A stretch of 63,386 bases of DNA, the filler included, from Reticulomyxa filosa (lineage: Eukaryota; Protista; Foraminifera), in assembly GCA_000512085.1 (NCBI GenBank). It is 19 parts of 19 records of this genome, joined end to end, with 100 filler letters (N's around TTAATTAATTAA, not from the genome) between each part and the next. Parts side by side here need not be neighbours in the genome. Positions count along the whole stretch, not along the records: positions 37,979 to 39,321 come from ASPP01039839.1; positions 39,422 to 43,524 come from ASPP01007640.1; positions 43,625 to 45,382 come from ASPP01032945.1; positions 45,483 to 48,368 come from ASPP01004270.1; positions 48,469 to 50,481 come from ASPP01022198.1; positions 50,582 to 54,176 come from ASPP01006665.1; 13 more parts are not named here. The stretch is one strand, 5' to 3'. Each line of letters opens with the position of its first letter. Positions within the stretch are counted from its first letter, which is position 1. This document shows, one piece after another, positions 39,112 to 50,675 of this stretch. The position numbers were made by a program, and so were the translations under genes. The notes under the pieces are model-generated. The model searched no databases. It was not told the origin of the DNA and saw only the letters and a program-made list of their open reading frames with translations.

Positions 39112-39421
39112 TTTTTTTTTCTTAAGATGTAAAATGTAAGATATTGAACTTTTTTTACTCTCAAGGGCAAAGGTAAAAATTTTTTTTGTTTTTAAATTGA
39201 CTGTTGCTTTGCTAAACTTGAAAAATAAAAATTTGAAAATCCGGCTTTGAAGCATTGAAACTATGTTAACTACTGTAAGACGTCAGCCAGAAAAGAGTTC
39301 GCACTAAATGTAATACGAGAGNNNNNNNNNNNNNNNNNNNNNNNNNNNNNNNNNNNNNNNNNNNNTTAATTAATTAANNNNNNNNNNNNNNNNNNNNNNN
39401 NNNNNNNNNNNNNNNNNNNNN

Positions 39422-42389
39422 TGATGTTGATGTTGATGTTGATGTTGATGTTGATGTTGATGTTGTTGCTGTTGTGAGTATTGCTGCTCTTGCGACTGTG
39501 ACTGCGACTGACCTTGATTTAGAGGTTGTCTTTTTTTCAATTTGCTATACATTTTCTTCTTTTTGGTATCGCCGCCCTCGTTCGCGTTAAGATACTTGGC
39601 GGGGAAAATCCGGCCCATGTTGAACAGATACTGCAGGGCGGTGAAGACTGCAATGTGCACGTGATGTCTTCTCTGTGCTGTGGAACGATAGTCTTGGTCG
39701 TCGAAATAAATGGCGCTTGCAAACTTGTTCACTTCAAACGAAAACTTCAACAGCCACAGAAACATATCGAATCGTAGCTCTTCGTTCGTTTGATTGATGT
39801 GCGGCAACTTGTCATGCTCCACTCTTTGCTGCATCATTGTCTTTTTTGTAAACTTGAGACGCTTGCGGAACTCTTCAATGACGACATTCGTGTCCTGTTC
39901 CGATATGCCTTGGTGCGGGAAGTACCAAAACACGTGACGGATTGCAGGGTGTGCGCCGATGCGCGACAGTCCACGCAGGAACAATGCGCAGCCCTCAATC
40001 AACTCCTGCTGCGTCTCGTACCATCTCAGCTTCTCCAATCGATCCTCACGGAACGCCTCTTTGCGCAATGTCTCGATCCAATCAAAGATCTTTCTCATCA
40101 ACTCCTTGTCCCCGTGATAAATGCCCGCCGCAAAGTGGTTGACGTTGCCCAATTGCTTGAGCAGGAACACGACGTCCTCCACCATCCTGGTCCGACGGCG
40201 GCCTTGCGCGTCTGTAAACACTTGGATCATGGAGTGGAACACTGAGGGAATGGCCTCCCAATGCATCATCTCAATCACTCTGGCGATCACTTGTCTCGGC
40301 CATTGGTTTTCTTCGAACAAACAATTCCAAAAATTCTCGCGCAAATACACTTCAAACTTTTGCTTCGTTGCGTCAAACACCTCTCCGCCACTGCCACGAT
40401 AACCCGGCTGTTGGTACTGCGTCGACAGTCTGGAGCTACCCATGGATAGTTCTTCCTTCGATTCGTCGCTTTGTCCCGAAAACGGGTTTGGAATGCCTTT
40501 CGTTTGAATTAGTTAAAATCAATTAAAAAAAAAATGAGTTAATAAATATGAATAAATATGAATAAACAAATCAAATCAAATCAATATAAATTAAATAAAT
40601 AAATTTATTTAATTTATATTTATATTTTATGTTATGTGACACACCTTCACCGACCAAAGAAAACCACAAGGTATGCAAATTTCTCCAGTGAATACGAGAA
40701 GGTGAGTATTCTCTCCATTCGTCTCCACTGCTCCACCCTGTCTTTCCTTTCGCACTCGTCGGAGGCATTGTGGCCAGTAAGGATTCAAGCAACATCGAAG
40801 TGGCCAAAATGGTTTGATGCAAATGGGCGGCGATGATCTTTTTCGCCAATTGCGAGATTAGCAACGGCACAAAATCATCAATGCGAACAATGTCATCGAA
40901 TTCCATGGAATCCAAACGTGGGGATGAGGAATGCACGGAATGCACGTTTTCGATCACGGCAATGGTGCTGGGACGTTTGCTCACATCAATGCGTCGAGTC
41001 GAATGTTCCGATTCGTTTGTCTTTACTTCTTGTCCTTGCCCTTGTCCTTGTCCTTGTCCTTGTCCTTGTCCTTGCAGTTGTTGCAAAGACTGCAGTTGTG
41101 ACAATCGTTTGTACTGTTGTGATTGTTGCTGCGACAGCGGCGCATGATGATCGTATTGCGTGTTTGCCGTGCGAACAGACGAATTGCGCGATATGTCCAT
41201 GGACTCGGCAAAAGTCGTGATGATTTGGGTAATTGTTCTTCCGTGGATTTGGATCAATTCTCCAATGGTTTTATGCATGGCTGGGGTTTGCACCAAATCT
41301 TGATTCACAAATGGGGCTTTGGAATATGCAGGTACACTGATGGCTGGCTTCAAACTGCTCTTTGCAAACTCTTGCAAAAACAATATGTTCAAATGGCTTT
41401 GTCCAATTAAACTTTGGTAAATTTCGGACAACTTGAGGATAAATTGATACGCAAAGTGGCGGACATGCGCATTGTAATGGCACAGCAACACCAATCCACA
41501 ACCATCTGCACGAGGGAACCATTTCCACCACTCGGGGATTTCCAAATCATATACCATTGGCGTCGTGGTAGTCTTGCGATTATTTTCCGCGTCTTTTTGG
41601 TTTACACTAGCAAATCTTCGTGCATTCGGGGGGACCGCCTTGTTTACTTCATTGCGATTGTCATTTGCATTTGCATTTGCATTTGCATTTGCATTTTGAT
41701 TTCGAGAAACAGTATTCGCATTATTCGTGCTATTGTTCGCTTTCAACATTTCTTTTTTATAAATATCCATCAAATATGTAAGCGTCTTCAACAGCATACA
41801 CAAACACTCACACGATTGGTAGTCGCTGTGACTGATCATTTCGATTAAACATTGAATAATGTTGTGCCGTATGCGATTGTGTTCTTGTCTCATCGACCGA
41901 ACCAGCGTTCGCAATGCCTGCGCACGCACGTTAAAGTCACGGTGCAACAACCACTTTCCAATGAATTTGCCGGACATGCCGCAGTTTTGGGACGTCGCTG
42001 TCCACAAACTATCGCAATGCACGTAAGGGGCGAGTCGGATGCAATACATCAATGTGTCCACGTAAATGTCCGAAAAAGTTGGAAATATCTGTTCCAGAGT
42101 CGCATTGATGTTGTCATTGTTGGTCCAATCCAATCGCAACATCCTTTGTATGTGATGTTTCACCATTTGCTGTTCGTCGTTGATCACCACATTGGGTATA
42201 GAAATCGCCGCGACAGCGTCATCGAAGTTAATCAGCTGTTTGTTCAGTGGGATGTATTTGCCAAGTTGCACATATAATGACTCGAGGCATGCTTGCATTT
42301 GCTGTTCAAAGCGATCAAAATATTCACTCCATTGGAATGCATTATTATTATTATTATTATTATTATCATTGTTATTATTATTGTTATTG

Positions 42390-42448
<59 letters not shown>

Positions 42449-43311
42449 GTCATTATTCTCATTGTTGCTGTTATTTTCTGAATTTGTAACGGTAATTTTC
42501 TTTTTCAAATAATCTCGAAATAATGTTTCAGGAACACAGATGAAGTTCAACGCGTACACAGCAATGAACACGCGTTCAACAGTTTCGCTCTTCCGTGTTT
42601 CAATAAATTGTTGAATGATCTCTCCAGCAAAGTATATATTGTGCAGTGCCATTTGAGTGAGACAGCAACATAACAAATGGACAACCATGGCATCGATGGT
42701 ATTTCTGGCATTGTACGTGCGCTTGGATCGAAAGATTTTTTCAGCAATGAGTCTGCACAGATCGATGGACAATTGATGTGGAATCTTGCCATACGTTTGT
42801 TCCAAGCGATCGATGGTGGTCTGACTGGGCGCAAGATAATTTGACTGTGCCTCTGTCTCGGCAGCATCTTCAAAGATGGCAGGCGATAGTTGAGACAAGA
42901 GCAAAGAGGATTTGAAATCGCAGTCTAATTGCAAGTTGAATTGGTCCCATGAACTGCCACCTCCTCGCAGATAGTGCAACAAGTCGCACAAATAACGTGG
43001 AGTTAGGCGTTTGTTACTGAACTTGAATTTCAAACATTGCTCCAGCCACGACTTGACTTTCATCGACTGGCTACCACGCAACAGCTCCGTGTTTTGCAGT
43101 CGCACACGAACTGAACTCAATGCCTCTCCTGTCTTGATCAGTCCGTCAAATCGTTCCTTTGCCACTTTTAGCTTTGCGTTGAGTGGCAACTTTTCCACTC
43201 TTGTGTCCATTGGCAGCGATCGAATGCTGTGCTCCACTGCACGAAGGCATAATTGTTGCCGACTTTGTCCATCCTTTCGTCATTTAAAAAAAAACAAAAA
43301 ACAAAACATAA

Positions 43312-43345
<34 letters not shown>

Positions 43346-43500
43346 GTAAATGAATAAAATATTAACCTTTGATTTGACCAATAATGAACTCAACCAATCC
43401 AATTGTGATTCAATCGCATTTGTGCCATTCGAAACAAATCGTATATATTTTGCCCCATTTATTATGCTCATTCGTTGTTCTTCCGTATTTGCAGACTCTT
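39422..43500 (-). CDS. FRY: Furry/TAO3/MOR2-PAG1-like HEAT/ARM scaffold, N-terminal part (partial at both ends)
   Basis: Segments in the recalled Furry order: LLHRDFNVRAQALRTL, ADGCGLVLLCHYNAHVRHFAYQFIL (cf. VEGFALVLLCS..TRKL), WRNLHTLWFSL (cf. WRNYLILC), LRFDMFLWL and ALQYLFNMGRIF (cf. AMSAVLCCGPVF). Confidence 0.65.
42341..42456 (-). repeat. (AAT)n microsatellite encoding poly-Asn within the Furry-like gene
   Basis: Long ATT/GTT/ATC trinucleotide run on the + strand. Confidence 0.9.
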
Positions 43501-43624
43501 TTTTTTTTTTTTTTTTTTTTTTTTNNNNNNNNNNNNNNNNNNNNNNNNNNNNNNNNNNNNNNNNNNNNTTAATTAATTAANNNNNNNNNNNNNNNNNNNN
43601 NNNNNNNNNNNNNNNNNNNNNNNN

Positions 43625-44992
43625 TTTGCCAATTGTATCGATTCATTGCAAGGAATAATGATTTCTTGCACATTGTTAAAATGCTTCAAAACAACAGCAA
43701 CAGTTTGTTTTTGAATTACTACTGGCGCCTTCACAACTCGAAATGGCTCAATAAAATTTTGTTGTAGGTTGCAAGTTGGACACCGAGTCTTTGGCATTTT
43801 GTTGTTGTTATTGTTGGGAAGAGAGGGGGGGAGGGAGGAGGGGAAAAAAACCAATGTGGAACACATAGCATGCAATCGTGCAACAAACGTAATAATAAAA
43901 GATTGGACAAACTGTATTGTATTCAATCCCATCGAAAAGCTTACAAATGGGAGATGCATCGACACACAATTTTCTGTACATTTTTATACCCTTTTCCAAA
44001 ATTTGCGCATTGTCAATACCATTGCTCTTCAACTCTTCCCAAAACTCACAGCGGGATTTCCCACGATAATGTCCTTCTAATTCGTCCAGCACGGCATTCA
44101 ACAATGAAAATGCATCATGTTGACAACCACTGGAAAAACTGCCAAAAAAAAAGAAAACAATTTTTTGAAATGTTATTATACACCTTTTGCACTTTTTGCA
44201 AACGAAAATACCTTGGGTTCAACTTGCCTACAGCTGTGCGTAGTTCTGAAGCGTCTATTGTTGTGTATGTTTCTTCCTTAAACTTACGGTGCGCTTCCCA
44301 AACTAAGTTATGCCATGCAGTGTCCACTGTTTGTGATTTTGGACGTATTGTGAATGGTTTCTCCAATGCAATCAATGGTTCTATTTGTAAGAGACACTAC
44401 AATTTTTTTTTTTTAGCGTGTTTGTACGTATGTGCAAAAAAAAAAAAAGTGACGGCTCCATATCCAAAGGAAGTAATCAAATAAATACGCATACATACAA
44501 AACACTCACTTGTAACCCTGCATTCACAAAGCATGAGTTATTCTGATTTTTTAGTCCGATCAAGCCTGGATAGTTCCCAATTTCTTGCTTGTTTTTTTCT
44601 GTATTCATAAAACATGTTGTTTGCAAAAGCCTATTTAAAAAAGCGTTTTGATAGCTTGTTTTTTTCATGCCTCTCTCTTGTTCTTCTTCTTCCGATTCAT
44701 CACCATTTTGTGTAGCGTATCTGATTTCCTTCAGACTCGTTATGACTTTATCTGCCATACTTTTATTCTTGATCATCTCTATACACTTCGTTTCTGTTAG
44801 TCCATCGAGAGTCTTTGCACTTAACTTACGTTCTTTTTGCAGTTTAGTCAATCGTGTTGAAACAAACCTGGGCAAACTATTCACCCATGCTGTTTTTTGT
44901 ATTATTTTACCGTTATTTTCAATATGTGCCGCAGTTTGGTGTCGGTCAACAGATTGCGAGATATATTGCCTGACACATCTTCGTTCGTCCAT
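43625..44992 (-). CDS. Ubiquitin-specific protease (USP, peptidase C19), 3' partial, multi-exon
   Basis: Cys box GLIGLKNQNNSCFVNAGLQ; LRTAVGKLNPRY; QHDA..LNAVLDEL; ICKLFDG; TRCPTC...EPF. Confidence 0.85.
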
Positions 44993-45599
44993 TCACTGAA
45001 CTTCTTGGATTTGAAAGACATCTCAATAAAAATAACAAACGCCGTCCCAACTTACAAATTTTGGCAAAAAAAAACATCTCACTCCAACTTTTCTCTAGTT
45101 CTTGAACAATTATTTTCATCACAATGAATGCCGACCTTAGTTCAAAACGATGTTTAAACTGATTGTACCAAACTCGTACTTAAGTATTTTCAAATGTGGA
45201 ATTAACTGAAAAAAGAAATTAATTTTAATCATTTAGGGCTTCTTTTCAATCAAAAAAAGGATTTAGTAAAGTAAGCGTGTGTTTTGAATTTATGTATAGG
45301 TGTATGATTGCCATGGACACAAATCATTGTGGGACGGATTAAAAGAACTTTTTTCCTTCAAAAAGTTAAGAGAAGTGTTTATNNNNNNNNNNNNNNNNNN
45401 NNNNNNNNNNNNNNNNNNNNNNNNNNTTAATTAATTAANNNNNNNNNNNNNNNNNNNNNNNNNNNNNNNNNNNNNNNNNNNNATCGAATATTCCGTTATT
45501 CCGAGCGACTGAACGGATTTGGAGGAAGCTGATATCATTTAACGCTCTTGTTATATAGAGTACCACTTTTCGAGTATCGGTCTTGTCAATGGCATGCAT

Positions 45600-48000
45600 G
45601 CTCTTCCACTTTTCGAATCCGAGTGATTTGGTTTTTAGTAACCGAAAAGTTTCAGATCATGGCGGCGTTTTGAGAGAGATAGAGAGAGGGGCTTGACCTG
45701 ATGACACAAAATATTGTGCACGTACCCACCCAGCAGGAGCCCATTGCCACCAACACACATTACCAATATATCTAAGCCTTTGCCTTGATCAGTCAAATAA
45801 TTTGCACGACGGTTGAATCGTCGATCCAATTATTGACTGTCACGGCACTGTTACCTTTCATATCAAATGGCGCAGTACAAAATCAAAGTCGCTGGAATAA
45901 AGCAGCGGGCACACAACATCAGTCCAACGTCTTGAGACAGTTGCATAATAAAATAAAAGAACATGGACCGCGTGTCATCATTGCTGCCATTGGTAATGCG
46001 CTTGGTATTGTCACTACTATCACCAGTAGCTTCATTGGAAAGGGCGCACTATGTGAATTTCGTCTATGTCGAAGAATGCGCAAAGCCGCCCTTCGCGAAT
46101 GATTCCAGATAACCAAATTCAGTCAACTCGGCCGATTGTTTTTTTTAAAAAATCCAACGCAGTATGGCATCCGAATACTCGCTTTTCCATTCATTGTCGT
46201 CATCCTATTCTCCTTGTTTGCTGGCGATCTTAATTTGTGCTTCACACAACTCCTCCGCCAAATTAAACTACGTCATCGAAAGAATAGTTCAATGAGATAG
46301 CGACTTCACTTGGCAGCAATGTGTGATCATTTAATAACAACGTTCACGCCTTCTTCTTTGCTTTCTTTCACTTTCTTCTTCGATCAATCCTGAGTCTCGC
46401 TGCTGCCGTATAATCTAATAATATCGCATAACATGGAAATAATATCAACGACTTTTTTTCTTCTTGCATCTTGATTTTGTAATCGGCAGCACCAAGATAC
46501 GGATTGTCCCACGATTGAACAGTAAGAATTTTGTTCGCCTGTTTAAATGTGATAATGTAATGGATATCTTCTGAAGGCGAAGTTTATCCCTATTGGCTAT
46601 TGTCGCTATTGCGATGAAGGGATCACACTTTGGACGCATGTTGATGGATGCTGAGAATTTCCAATAACGACCATTATCCAAGGCCATTCGATAATTTTTA
46701 GACTGTATATCCAAGGAGTGAGGATGACAACGTGCTTGTTGAATATGCCAAAGATTTCTACGCGATTTACAACCCAAATCATATCGACTTTGGTCCAATT
46801 ACAAACGAATACAAATTGGAGACTATCACTTCATCGTTCTAGCCAACAAGTCGTCCGTTAGTCCATACGCGATCCCGGAAAATCTCAACAAAGATTGTTC
46901 GATACACCCAAAAAGGCACGCAATTCTTGCAGCAACGAATCGATTATTTCTGTCTCTCGCGAGATAACACTATCAGCATACACACAATTCAAAATTCAAA
47001 GTTGCGCATATGCGCACGCACACAATCATTGATTATTTTTCTACGTTCATAAGATTAGCACAATTTCCGCAATAATCGAACTTTTCTTGTCCTTTGGCGC
47101 CGGTAGATCGCAGTTCGATCCATCGTTGATGCTTTGTCACGCCAAGTACTATCATATAGAGAGATTTATGTGTGCATAACGTTAACGGCGAACAAACTTT
47201 TTCCATCCTCTATTGGAGCGCGCTATATGATGCAAGTTCATATCCGAAACCTTGCAAAGTCGCCATTCGCGAACATGAAGAACCATTTCATAACTATACT
47301 TAGCAAAGCATGCAGACCAATTTAAAAAAAAACGTAGAATACTCTTTCCCCTCTTTATCGTCCTCGCAATCTTCCTATTCTTGCTGCTGGCGTCTTGAGT
47401 TTATCACAGCTTCTTCACAAATTGAGATATTACTTCTAATGTAGTGGTTCGCTCTATCGCAATATCTCCAAAACAATGTCTGAGTTCTTTTCTTCTTTGT
47501 CTGCCACTTCTTTGACTTCTTCTTGCCATTGTTCAATGTTATTTTTGATTGCGCCCAAGATTCCTACGTGATTCAAAATTCAGTTTATTCAAACGAATAC
47601 TAGCTATCTCTCATCTAGTAGTCAACAATCAACAATGCTAAATATCGGCTACAATTCATCCTATAAGCACACTCATAACTAAAACACAAATTTGCGCATA
47701 CGCGCACATACAATAAGTTTTGAAGTAGCGATCATTCTCCGATAAGCGATTGTTCAGCGTTCATATGTTAGCGCCAGTTTCCACAACGACTGAGTTTTAC
47801 TTGTTCGTCGGCTCTATCTTTTGTATGACTACTTTGATGCAACAAGTATCTGCTGACGATTTTGGTGCTAACACCACTAGTCTTTCCAATGACTTGACCC
47901 TGCGCTCGCATTGTAACAATCGTCACAGTTTTTCATTGGTGCTCTTGAAGTTAATCCATATCGAATAATACACAAAATCGCATTCGCTGACGAGAAGATA
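45600..48000 (-). pseudogene. Heavily decayed coding sequence of unknown family
   Basis: More GC-rich than typical intergenic DNA here. Minus-strand frames give protein-like text broken by stops and frameshifts (e.g. DDDNEWKSEYSDAILRWIF*KKQSAELTEFGYLESF; WDNPYLGAADYKIKMQEEKK). Confidence 0.35.
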
Positions 48001-49149
48001 TATTCATTAAAAAACTTTGCAAATCCAGTAGACGACTTTTTATAAAAAATGAATCCATCGCTGTTGTTCTTGTTCTTGCTCTTCTAATCTTTTTCATTTC
48101 TTTTTTCTCTTCTTTATTTTTTTACTTTTTCTTTATCTTATTCTTTTTATTTTAATCTCTTTTTGCATTCTTTTTTTTCTTTTCTCTTTATCTTTTTTTT
48201 CATCTTTTTAATTTTTTTTCTTTTTTTCCAATTGTATTTTTTTTTTCATTTTTATTTTCGCATTCTTTTTTTAATTTTTCATTTTTATTTTCTAATTCTT
48301 TTTTTTCTTTTTTCATTTTACTAAAAATTTTCCCCCCTTTTCAAATACATTTTCTTTCAACTTTTTTTNNNNNNNNNNNNNNNNNNNNNNNNNNNNNNNN
48401 NNNNNNNNNNNNTTAATTAATTAANNNNNNNNNNNNNNNNNNNNNNNNNNNNNNNNNNNNNNNNNNNNTTCGTGTCAATGTCCATAGCATTCGGCGTTAT
48501 CTTGGATTGTTGTTGGTGTTTATTCCTGGAATCTGGCATATTAATACCATAATTAATTCCATTTCCAACTCCATGTCCATTATTTCCAATGCCACCATGC
48601 ATACTGGCATTTAATGTTTTACTATTGTCAGACATGCTCGGAAGTGTAGTTAGCATGTCTGGACTTGCAGTAGAGCCTATTGGGATAAAGACACCTTGCC
48701 TCGACCCTTCACAAGCCTTGTTATCAGCGATTGAGTTTTGCCAAAAACAAAAGACTGATATTTGCCTCGAGATTGCCAATTTCCCGAAGGCGTTGAACAC
48801 TCTTAAAGCTAAGCTAAGATCGATACCCTCTCGTTGCCAGTAAAAGAGTTACTATCTCAGTTACCAGGAGTTTGCACCACGGTACACTTAAAACAACCTA
48901 GGACAATATACGCTGTTAGTTTTAAAGTCACTTCCACCTCTAACAGTCAAACACCTCACAGAGATGCTGAACCGACGACGATACCTCCCAAAAATGAATT
49001 GCAACAAAACGTTGCCAAAAGGGTAAAAAAAGGTTAAAACAACACAATACTAACAATATCACAAAAATCCAACTACTATAAAAAAAAAAATTTCACGATA
49101 AAAAAAATTTTTTTCGGATTTTGTTTTAAGAATTCTTGTTGGCTAGGAA

Positions 49150-50290
49150 ATAAGCCTTGGTGGAGTGATTCAATCAATTGAAAAGGAAGTATCGAAAATG
49201 CAGAACCTGAAATGTTACAAGAAATCAAATGTGCGGCAATGCAACTAAAAAGGAAATTGAGACAGGAGAAACAAGAATATTTAATTAAGAGATTTAATTG
49301 TTGAAAGAGGAATTTTTCTCAATTCAAATCGATGAACTCAAACAAGATTTTAGTTATTCCTGCATTGGTAGTAAATATTGCAAAGACAGACAAAGATAAG
49401 GCAGAAATGTTGGTCTCGTTGTTTTCTCAACCCCCACAACCATCAAGCTATTCTGAAGAAACGAAAGAGTTGTTATCCATTATGTGGCAAATATCATCAA
49501 ATAGATATCACTGAAGAAGGAGTAATCGAGGCATTAAGGTATATTTCATCCCACAAGGCTCAAAGAGCAGATAATATTCACAATCAAATGAGCAAAAATG
49601 GTGGACAAGCATTAATTGATTCTTTGGCGAGTATGTTCCAAGACTATGGAAAAGAGCAAATATTGTTCGGTCCCAAAACCATATAGAGACCATAGCATCT
49701 GCAAGAATTACAGCCAAAGAATTTGGATTGAAAGGAAAATGTATTGATTGTTGGATAGTTTCCTCAAGATCGAATTGGACAAGTGGTATTGAATGGAATC
49801 AATGCTAGTGAAAGAAATTTTGAAGTTGGAGTACCTCAAGAATCCTATACTATTCCTATTATACATCAATGATTTGGCAAAAACAGTTAAAGATTCAATT
49901 CAATGTGGAATGTTTGCAGATGATGTTGCGCTGTGGACTGATGAAAAAAAAATGGAATGGTAATTAAACCAATTACAAAAGAGTTTGAACATGTGAGTCT
50001 GTGGAAAATTACTGGAACCAGACAAGACACAATTTATCACATTCAAGATGAAAAAGGAAATATCCAAAGATTGAATTATTTGTCGATCAGCAAATGACAT
50101 TCCAGCAGCACATCAATTACATTGCATTTGATTAGCACGATATCAAGCATTGATATCACATTATGTTCTTCCATTAATTAGAGAACGGATGATATTGAAC
50201 TGGATGTGCACTTAGATCATTTTCCAATCACGTTTAATATTAAAACTACGTGGTTGTGAGACTTGGAATCTGAAAAGTAACAATTTAGAT
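49150..50290 (+). mobile_element. Degenerate non-LTR retrotransposon (LINE) ORF2 remnant: reverse transcriptase plus APE endonuclease fragment
   Basis: KPWW, DKDKAEML, ITEEGVIEALRYISSHKAQRADNIHNQM, GVPQ, LFLLYINDL, GMFADDVALW (about 49907-49936), VDQQMTFQQHINYI, then SSIDITLCS..LDHFPI; many stops and frameshifts. Confidence 0.88.
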
Positions 50291-50675
50291 TGAAATTTGT
50301 TTTTTGAACTGGGAGGGCGTGAAGGTGTCAGACTACTCAATGCTTCATCCTCCACTCATCACTGTTTTTTGCCCTTTCCTCAGCCCTAAAGTGCAAGTTG
50401 ACGCAAAATCGAGCATGGCAATAAATAAAAAACCAATTATGCGTTTTCCAAGAATAATTTTTAAAAAAAGAAAATTTGTCTNNNNNNNNNNNNNNNNNNN
50501 NNNNNNNNNNNNNNNNNNNNNNNNNTTAATTAATTAANNNNNNNNNNNNNNNNNNNNNNNNNNNNNNNNNNNNNNNNNNNNCTCTCTCTCTCCTACCACT
50601 CTACCACCATTACTACCACCGTTATAAATCAAAACGTATATTAAACACTAGAAACGTGATCAATCCAAAAAGGAA

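Larger units (their letters stand above)
38645..39175. repeat. Large imperfect inverted repeat (fold-back) centred at 38915, built from two WD40-family gene 5' ends
   Basis: Perfect 20-bp arms AGGATGGATTCATGAGTTTG (38895-38914) and CAAACTCATGAATCCATCCT (38916-38935) with a 1-nt spacer; complementarity continues with mismatches and indels for about 260 bp each side. Confidence 0.9.

Noticed and set aside
47000-47715. Two similar GCGCATAYGCGCAC motifs at about 47004 and 47694 as possible element termini
   Set aside because: Short, same orientation, no target-site duplication, and similar to the TG/CA-rich intron sequence common in this genome.
48060-48368. 300-bp T/C-rich tract
   Set aside because: Low-complexity sequence at a contig end with no periodic unit or supportable gene.
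48469-49040. Possible LINE ORF1/gag next to the RT remnant
   Set aside because: The open frame is on the opposite strand and has no zinc knuckle or RRM; it cannot be assigned.
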